Shown: positions 54,906 to 64,000 of the stretch, in pieces
Position numbering within the stretch: the first letter of the stretch is position 1
How the letters are laid out: each line of letters opens with the position of its first letter
Source of the DNA: Eledone cirrhosa
Taxonomy: Eukaryota
Direction: 5' to 3'
DNA: 64,000 nt
NCBI GenBank assembly: GCA_964016885.1
Contig: OZ024746.1
Coordinates: 23,064,001-23,128,000, forward strand
The notes under the pieces: generated by a model
What the model was told of the DNA's origin: nothing
Seen by the model: only the letters and a program-made list of their open reading frames with translations
Database searches by the model: none
Made by a program: the position numbers and the translations under genes

Positions 54906-57671
54906 GGCTTTTCCCTTATACAGGTGCTGATGCAGATGTGATATGATCACAGTTTTAAAATATTTACAGACATATATGAGCCTATATACAATATTATCAT
55001 TATAGATGCTGTAAATGGGATCTTTTCTAATCAATATAATTCTTGGAAAACTCTACCAAATCTTAATTAATAAACTTCCGCTTATAAAATCGAATGAAAC
55101 CACGGGGTGATTTGAATCAAAGAATTTCATTAATAATAAATATTTGCTAAACTCAGTGGAGAATTATCAATGTTTTTGTTTGTTTGTTTTTTACAGCGGT
55201 TTGTTGTATGTTAATTAATGAAATTCCTCAAATCATACTACTTAGAGAACGTTTTGCCTTCATGAGATTTGCAGAAATTAATTGTAACCAATGGCACTAA
55301 AGAGAAACACAGTCTGTTTCTGCTGTGTTTGGATTTTTATTATATTTCTATTTTGTTATATTTGCCCGAAGAAAAAAAAAATAATAAGAATGTATAAGAA
55401 GCTATTTTTAACTCTATTGAAATAACAAATTATTTATGCTTTCACAATCTTTCTGTGTCGTCTTATTTTATGTTCGCTTTTCTGCACAACTCAAAGAACC
55501 ATTTCTATAGATTTCTTTTTCGAAAAAAATATATAATTAATTGAAAAGAAACAGAAATGTGGATTTGTGTAGAAACATTGAGAGGAACGAACGTAGAGAT
55601 GGATTTTTGTGGAAATGTTAAGAACTAAAATAATTGGCGTGGATTCGTGTGGAAACAATGAGAGGAACTAAGGTAGAGATGTAGGTTTGTGTGGAAATGT
55701 TGAGAAGGGGAGGATAACATCAAAGTTTCATGTTTAGATTTTACTCATAATGTATTTAACTTAAGCCCACAAGATAGGCAATGAGAAGAGGAGGAGAGGT
55801 GAGTGGGTCGCGTGGCCTGAAGGAGGTGGATCAGCCACGTTGGAGGAGCAGAGGCCATTGTAGTAGTGGTAGAAACGGCAAAATATGGGACAACGTGTCG
55901 GTAGACGATACAATTCGGGAAAGCAGATGCCATTGTAGTAGAGGTAGAAATGGCAGAATTAGTTGACATCATGTCCGTGGACTAGAGTTTGGAGTTTGTT
56001 AGTGAGCAGTACATGAATAAGTTGATAAGGATGATATTTTTAAATGCATCTCTTAACTTTTTATATACTAACCCACCTGAAAGTGGTTCCGTTTTAAAAT
56101 GTTTATATTTATTTTAAAATCGTCCATCGTAATTTTATGCAAGAATCTGTTAAGTTCTAAACCCTAGCTTAATAATGAGAAAGCCAATTATTTTTCTAAA
56201 TCCCTCCAAATTCTTGATTATTTTCAAAATGATTTGAAAATTACAGGCAATGACCTTCATTAGAAATATGGTAAGAAATGGGTCCACATGCATTATTTTT
56301 ATATATCTATATTCTAAGTGTTAAACATTTAACAGATACAACAGAATTCAACGAAACAGCATTACTATTACACAAACAGAAAGGTGGTAGATTGGCAGAG
56401 CCGTTAGATTTGTGTAATGATTCTTTCTAACATTAGCACAAAGTAATTTGGGGGAAGAGAAAAGTCGGTTATATTAACGCCAGTACTTAACTGGTACGGT
56501 ACATTATTTTATCAACCTCGGAAAGATAAAAAGTTAACCTCGGTGGGATTCAATGCAAGATAAAATGCATGAAAAAATACTGCTAATGTTAGAAAAACTC
56601 ATTACATAAATATTTCCTATCTATAAACTATGTAAATTTGGATCCAATCTTGCAGCAAAATAAACGTCTTTGAAACTTAAATGTTTTAACAAGCCTTGAA
56701 AACTAATGGAAATTTCCTTTTTCCAACAAATAGATTTCAATCACTGTTAGAGCATATACCGATTGGTGACATCAAAGCACATTCTATAAATTGTGTTAGA
56801 ATGTGTAAATCTACGTGAAAGCTCTCACACAAATTTTCATTCTCCTCTAATGTCGATGAAGATGAAATGCCTTAGTCCATTATTTAAACTAGATAAATTC
56901 ACACCGTAAGCCTATACAAATTAGGAGCGAGGTACAAGGTTTAGAAAATCAAGAATACTGTGTTTTTCCCGCATAGTATTATTAGAACAAATTGCAAATA
57001 TAATGTAACACTTGAGGCTTGTATGAAATATTTAGAGCGCCGAAAACATTAGAATACTAGACGAGAAGTATCGGCATATTGGGTCGCAACCGTTGAAATT
57101 CCGAGTTCGAATCCTGCCATAGTTGACTTTGCTTTCATCTTTCCAAGATAAATAAAAAAAAATTAAAAAAATGATAAATACTGGGGAGTCGAGTAGGGAT
57201 TATACCCCAGTCTGCTAAAAGTTAGAAACCCTTGCAAAGGGCCTTGATGTATCAGAATTAGTAGAACACCGAACAAAACTGAGGTAGGGTAGGTATCGGT
57301 ATTGGGAGAGCACCGGACTAAATTGCAGGGTTCAAATCTCTCTCCGTTCAACTTGTCACTCGTTCCTCCAATGAAAATAAGAACCAGTAAATTACTGGTA
57401 CCATGTTAATTGAATGCTCACCTCTCGTCAAATGTGTGGCCTCTTCCATCAACTGCATAATTTACTTGTTGAATTAATATATACGTGGTGGTGGTAGTGG
57501 CGTCGGTAGTCAGCGTCGTCGTGGCGGCGCTGATGGTGGCGGCGACGGTAGCAGTAATATAGTGATGATGGCGTTGACGGCGGTGGTATTGTCCAAGTAG
57601 TTGTCAGTTTTTCATGTATTTCTTCTATGTGTAAACAAGTGTAAAGTCAAACTGTTTCCTTTCTCTGCCAG

Positions 57672-57731
57672 GTCTTTACACCGTCCTCCTGGCAGTCAGT
57701 ACAGCACTACCTATAGCCATGATGACAGCAG
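57672..57731 (+). CDS. Candidate 60-bp internal host exon (unknown product)
   Basis: Polypyrimidine acceptor TTTCCTTTCTCTGCCAG and donor CAG|GTAAAT; length is a multiple of 3; open in phase 1 (GLYTVLLAVSTALPIAMMTA) and phase 2 (SLHRPPGSQYSTTYSHDDS). Confidence 0.4.
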
Positions 57732-57819
57732 GTAAATACATTCACCTTCACCTTATACTCTTTTTTTTTTTCCTTTTTCATTTATTTGCCGTTTCCAAAT
57801 CAGTAATTTGTTTTAAAGT

Positions 57820-57965
57820 GTCGGACAACGTGTTTTGTGGCATAGAGTTACGGCCCTTTTACGTTCTGAGTTAAAATTAAGCCGAGATTAGCTTTGCCTT
57901 TCATCCTTACGGGGTTGATAAAATAAAATATCAGTAACACACTGGAGTCGATTTAATTGACTTGG
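57820..57965 (+). mobile_element. tRNA-derived SINE (same subfamily as the 34-42 kb copies)
   Basis: GCATAGAGTTACGGCCC...CTTTGCCTTTCATCCTTACGGGGTTGATAAAATAAA. Confidence 0.75.
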
Positions 57966-59830
57966 CCCTTCGCTTCAAATTGGTTACAACACAGTTTCAA
58001 ATAAAACAAAAATTTAGCTAACAAATGTGCTTCATATTTTCTAGCAAAACGAAATCAATTTTTTCAAGAAATAATTAATCAGATATTTTTAAATTACGCT
58101 AATGAGGAATTCCTGCTGTGGAAGGCAAAATTTCCAATTTAACACGATTTAATTAAAATATTTCAAGAACAGGAAACAGAACTATCGTAATTCAGAATTC
58201 AGTCGCACTGTGTAGCACGTTCGGCAAGGATCTCCTACTATATCCTCGAGTCAACCAATGTCTTGTGAGTGGTAGTCGGGAACTATAAACACGTCATGTG
58301 TGTCTGTGTGCGTGTGTGTGTGAGTGCGTGTGTGTACGTGTGTGCATTTATATCCTGTCAACTAGCGGTTCGACAATAAAAAAAAAAGAGATCGACAAAA
58401 TAAGTACTAGACTTAAACAAATAAGTACGGTGGTCGTCTAAATCAAGAGAGTGCCCCAGCCTGAACGTAATCTGATGACTTAAACCAGTAAAAGAGTTTT
58501 ACTTTTGTTTTCATTCTCCAACTAAAAGGGAAATTGAAATTTCTTCTTTTTTTTTTCTGTTGCTGTGTACGGGATTTAGTACATTGATGTTGGATTGAGG
58601 CAACAATGTCTGGTTAAAATGTTTCTTTCGCAACCATGAAGTCCCGGGTTCGATACCACTGCGTAGCATCGTGAGGAAAGTGTTTTTACCATCGTCTAGC
58701 AGACGGAAATTGTGTAGAAGCCTGTCAGATTGACTGTATCTACCTGCAATTCACAATATTCCAGCTTTGCGACGCTGGGTCGGCCTGGAAGTTACGTTAA
58801 AATGATACGTGTCATTGCAAAACTCACCCACTTATACGTTAATTCACGAGTTGAATAAACAACTGAATACTCATCATTGAAACTGACGGAGGATCCGTCA
58901 CATTCAACCTTAACATCTTTGATCTATTTGAGTTATTTCCCTTACCAATTCCATCCTATTCTAGTGCCTTAGCCTCATTATCATCTGTAGTAATGCTATG
59001 AGTTGTCTTAGCTTGCCTCAAATAATTTTTATGGAGGAAACACCAACATTCTCTGATTTAGTATGCAATTAAGGGTGCATGGCTCCTTTCTTTTTTTTTT
59101 CTTTTCTCTTATTTCTGACACTTTTTTATTATTATTATTGATTTTTTTTTCAGTTTGTAAATCATAAAAAAGTGAAAGGTGCGGATCATCAAATCGGACG
59201 AAGGAAATAATTTCCATAGGCCTTCCCATTGCTGATACATTGGGAAATAAAGCAATGCAGGGGTTAAACAAGGACAGGATCATAGGGTTTCTCATTTATA
59301 GTTGACCTGGGGCTAAACAACAACAATAACCAAGTACAGCTAACCATACTAACCATAACCCACCACGCCTTAATCCGGTAACTGTTATAATCAAACATAA
59401 TACTTCATCCTATTAAATTTCAAATTGGATTGAAATGGCCAGATACGCCGTTAGTTGAAAATATAGCATTACTAAAAGACATTATTCCAGCAAATGTGGA
59501 AAGATAAAATTGCTTATCTAAACAATAGCCCTGAAATTTTATGGAATATTAAAAGCTTAATTACGTACATATGTTGTTATAATGGCATTTAATGGTTTCA
59601 AATAATATCCAGTCATAATCCGGAATTCCTTCTCTCATGATATGCAATTTGTGTTAAATATTCTGTGAAGCTACAAAAAGAAATACATTCTTCCTTCTCT
59701 GGGTTGTTGTTATAGCAATGATGATGATGGTTGTGAGGATATAACAATTATATTTTAATGTGGTTTACTTTCTTTCACACGTCGCCCATCGCTGCTTTCG
59801 TTCGTTCTTCAAATGCTGAAATACGATCTT

Positions 59831-62230
<2,400 letters not shown>

Positions 62231-62355
62231 CAGGGTACCAATGGACTAAGTAACAGTAACGGTAGGCCTCTTAGCTCCCCGCATAGATTAGGTGAACATA
62301 GTAACCTTAGCAATGGAATAAATAATAATAATAATGGTAATAATAATAATAATAA
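62231..62355 (+). pseudogene. Probable 5' part of the interrupted PLE ORF (Asn-rich linker)
   Basis: Reads [35 protein letters not shown] into the (AAT)n that resumes after the Dong insertion. Confidence 0.45.
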
Positions 62356-62376
62356 GAAGAAGAAGAAGAAGAAGAA

Positions 62377-63612
62377 CTGAATACATTCGGAGAGTAAGGA
62401 GCGTATTGAAGTCACATCTGAACAGCAGAAATGCCATAAGCGCAGTAAATTCCCGAGCTGTGTCTATTATTAGGTACAGTGCGGGAATTCTGAGATGGAA
62501 TGTTGCTGAACAAAAAGAAATGGATAGGAAGACTAGGAAGCTATTGACTATCTACAACATGTTCCACAAGAGGAGTGATGTCGATAGACTCTACCTAAGG
62601 AGATCTGAGGGTGGAAGAGGTCTTATCAGCATAGAGGACTGTGTTCAGATGGAGAAAAACAACCTATACAAATACGTGACCTATAGTAAGGAGCCAATGC
62701 TCAAAACTGTACTGAAGGAGGGGACAGTAGGCCAGGGGATGTCCAAGGAGGAAATAACATCAAGGAGGAAGAGCAGCCTTAAGGGAAAATCCCTTCATAG
62801 TACCTTCTTTGAGAAAACTGAATTTAGAGATCCACAGACATGGAACTGGTTGAGAAGAGGAGACCTCAAAAAGGCTACAGAAGGAATGATAATGGCTGCG
62901 CAGGAGCAGGCCCTCAAAACGAAGTGGTTGAAGCACCATATTTACAAGGAGGAGGCTAGCCCACTGTGCAGGATCTGTGGAGAGAGAGAGGAGACTGTGG
63001 CTCACATTGTGTCCGAGTGTAAACACCTAGCCCAGACCCACTATAAGGGCTGGAGACACGATGTGATGGGCAGGGTGATCCACTGGCACCTGTGCAAAGT
63101 AAACAATTTACCACATTCTGAGAAATGGTATGAGCATAGGCCGGAGGCGGTGATGGAGAACAATCAGGTGAAGGTGCTGTGGGATTTTAGGATACAGACG
63201 GACAAAAAACTGGAACACAACAGACCTGACCTGGTGGTTGTGGACAAAGAAAAAAGATCGTGTCTGATTGTGGATGTGGCCTGCCCGTTCGACACGAGAG
63301 TGCAAGAGAAGGAGAGGGAGAAAATTAACCGATACCAGGACCTAAAGTGGGAGGTGAAAAGGATTTGGAACTGCCATGAAGTCAAAGTGATCCCGATTGT
63401 CATAGGCGCACTGGGGATTATCTCCAAAAGTTTCCAGGGATGATTAAAGAAAATCGGCCCCTTCACGCTTTTTGGAACGCTTCAAAAGGCATGCTTGCTT
63501 GGAACAGCAAGAACCCTCCGATACGTCCTGAATATCTGAGGCTGCAGGTAGTGGCTTGATATTCATTCCAACGGACTTTCCAGTTAACCAACATCAATGA
63601 CTGAGATTCAAG
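62377..63612 (+). mobile_element. 5'-truncated R4/Dong non-LTR retrotransposon inserted in (TAA)n
   Basis: SDVDRLYLRRSEGGRGL, CRICGEREETVAHIVSEC (CCHC), RHD, HNRPDLVVVD, DVACPFD, RYQDL; in-frame TGA at 63441, frame continues LQKACLLGTARTLRYVL to a stop at 63537-63539; (TAA)n on both sides. Confidence 0.92.
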
Positions 63613-63622
63613 GAATAACAAC

Positions 63623-63659
<37 letters not shown>

Positions 63660-63663
<4 letters not shown>

Positions 63664-64000
63664 TAAAAAGAATAGAAGAAGATTGAATAGATATTTTAAC
63701 CCCCCATTTAACTCCGAAGTGGCTACGAATATTCCTAGGGCCTTCTTCTCTGTGTTAGAAAGGAACTTCCCTCCTGGTAATAGGTACCATTCTATCCTCA
63801 ATAAGAATGTGGTTAAACTCTCGTATTCTACAACCCAAAATCTGGCCTCTCATCTAGCCAATACCAATAATAAGAAAATTAAGGAAGGCCTCGACACCTT
63901 ACGCCTAGGGGAAAACATTGGAGTCGACAGAGGTAGCCTGAACACCCGTGGTCAGCAAGCTGATGATCATTTAGATAATAGCATCACCAGAAATTGTAAC
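63660..64000 (+). mobile_element. Penelope-like element ORF segment (post-RT linker, running towards the GIY-YIG), open to window end
   Basis: KNRRRLNRYFNPPFNSEVATNIPRAFFSVLERNFPPGNRYHSILNKNVVKLSYSTTQNL...RNCN matches the PLE motif (W/Y)FNPPF..TN..FP..N.N.VK.SYS. Confidence 0.88.

Noticed and set aside
62334-62376. ATG start of the 369-aa ORF ([14 protein letters not shown])
   Set aside because: Fortuitous reading of (AAT)n/(AAG)n flank fused to a 5'-truncated element that lacks the RT core.

Overview
AT-rich eukaryotic (animal) genomic DNA with no intact multi-exon host gene visible. The SINE heads/cores, huge (TA)n tracts and LINE/Penelope families look like those of octopus/coleoid cephalopod genomes (inference, not verified). 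Nearly all long ORFs in the supplied track are microsatellite artefacts. Real coding remnants are all transposon-derived: a near full-length but disabled RTE LINE with an 11-bp TSD (50106-53889), a young 5'-truncated R4/Dong element nested in a Penelope-like element (PLE) ORF (62.2-64 kb), and GIY-YIG, CRE, Tx1, RTE and Tc1/mariner fragments. One 60-bp candidate host exon lies at 57672-57731. The most striking pattern is a set of (TA)n-associated PLE 3' ends carrying minimal hammerhead ribozyme (HHR) motifs, often as long fold-back palindromes with reproducible boundaries. Also notable are a tRNA-SINE that appears to have captured such an HHR-bearing tail (3 copies with TSDs), a possible (TACA)n-targeting REL retrotransposon whose 3' UTR seeded a 1.27-kb (TTTTC)n tract, and a pair of long hairpins at 43.3-43.5 kb. 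All alignments and folds were done by eye.
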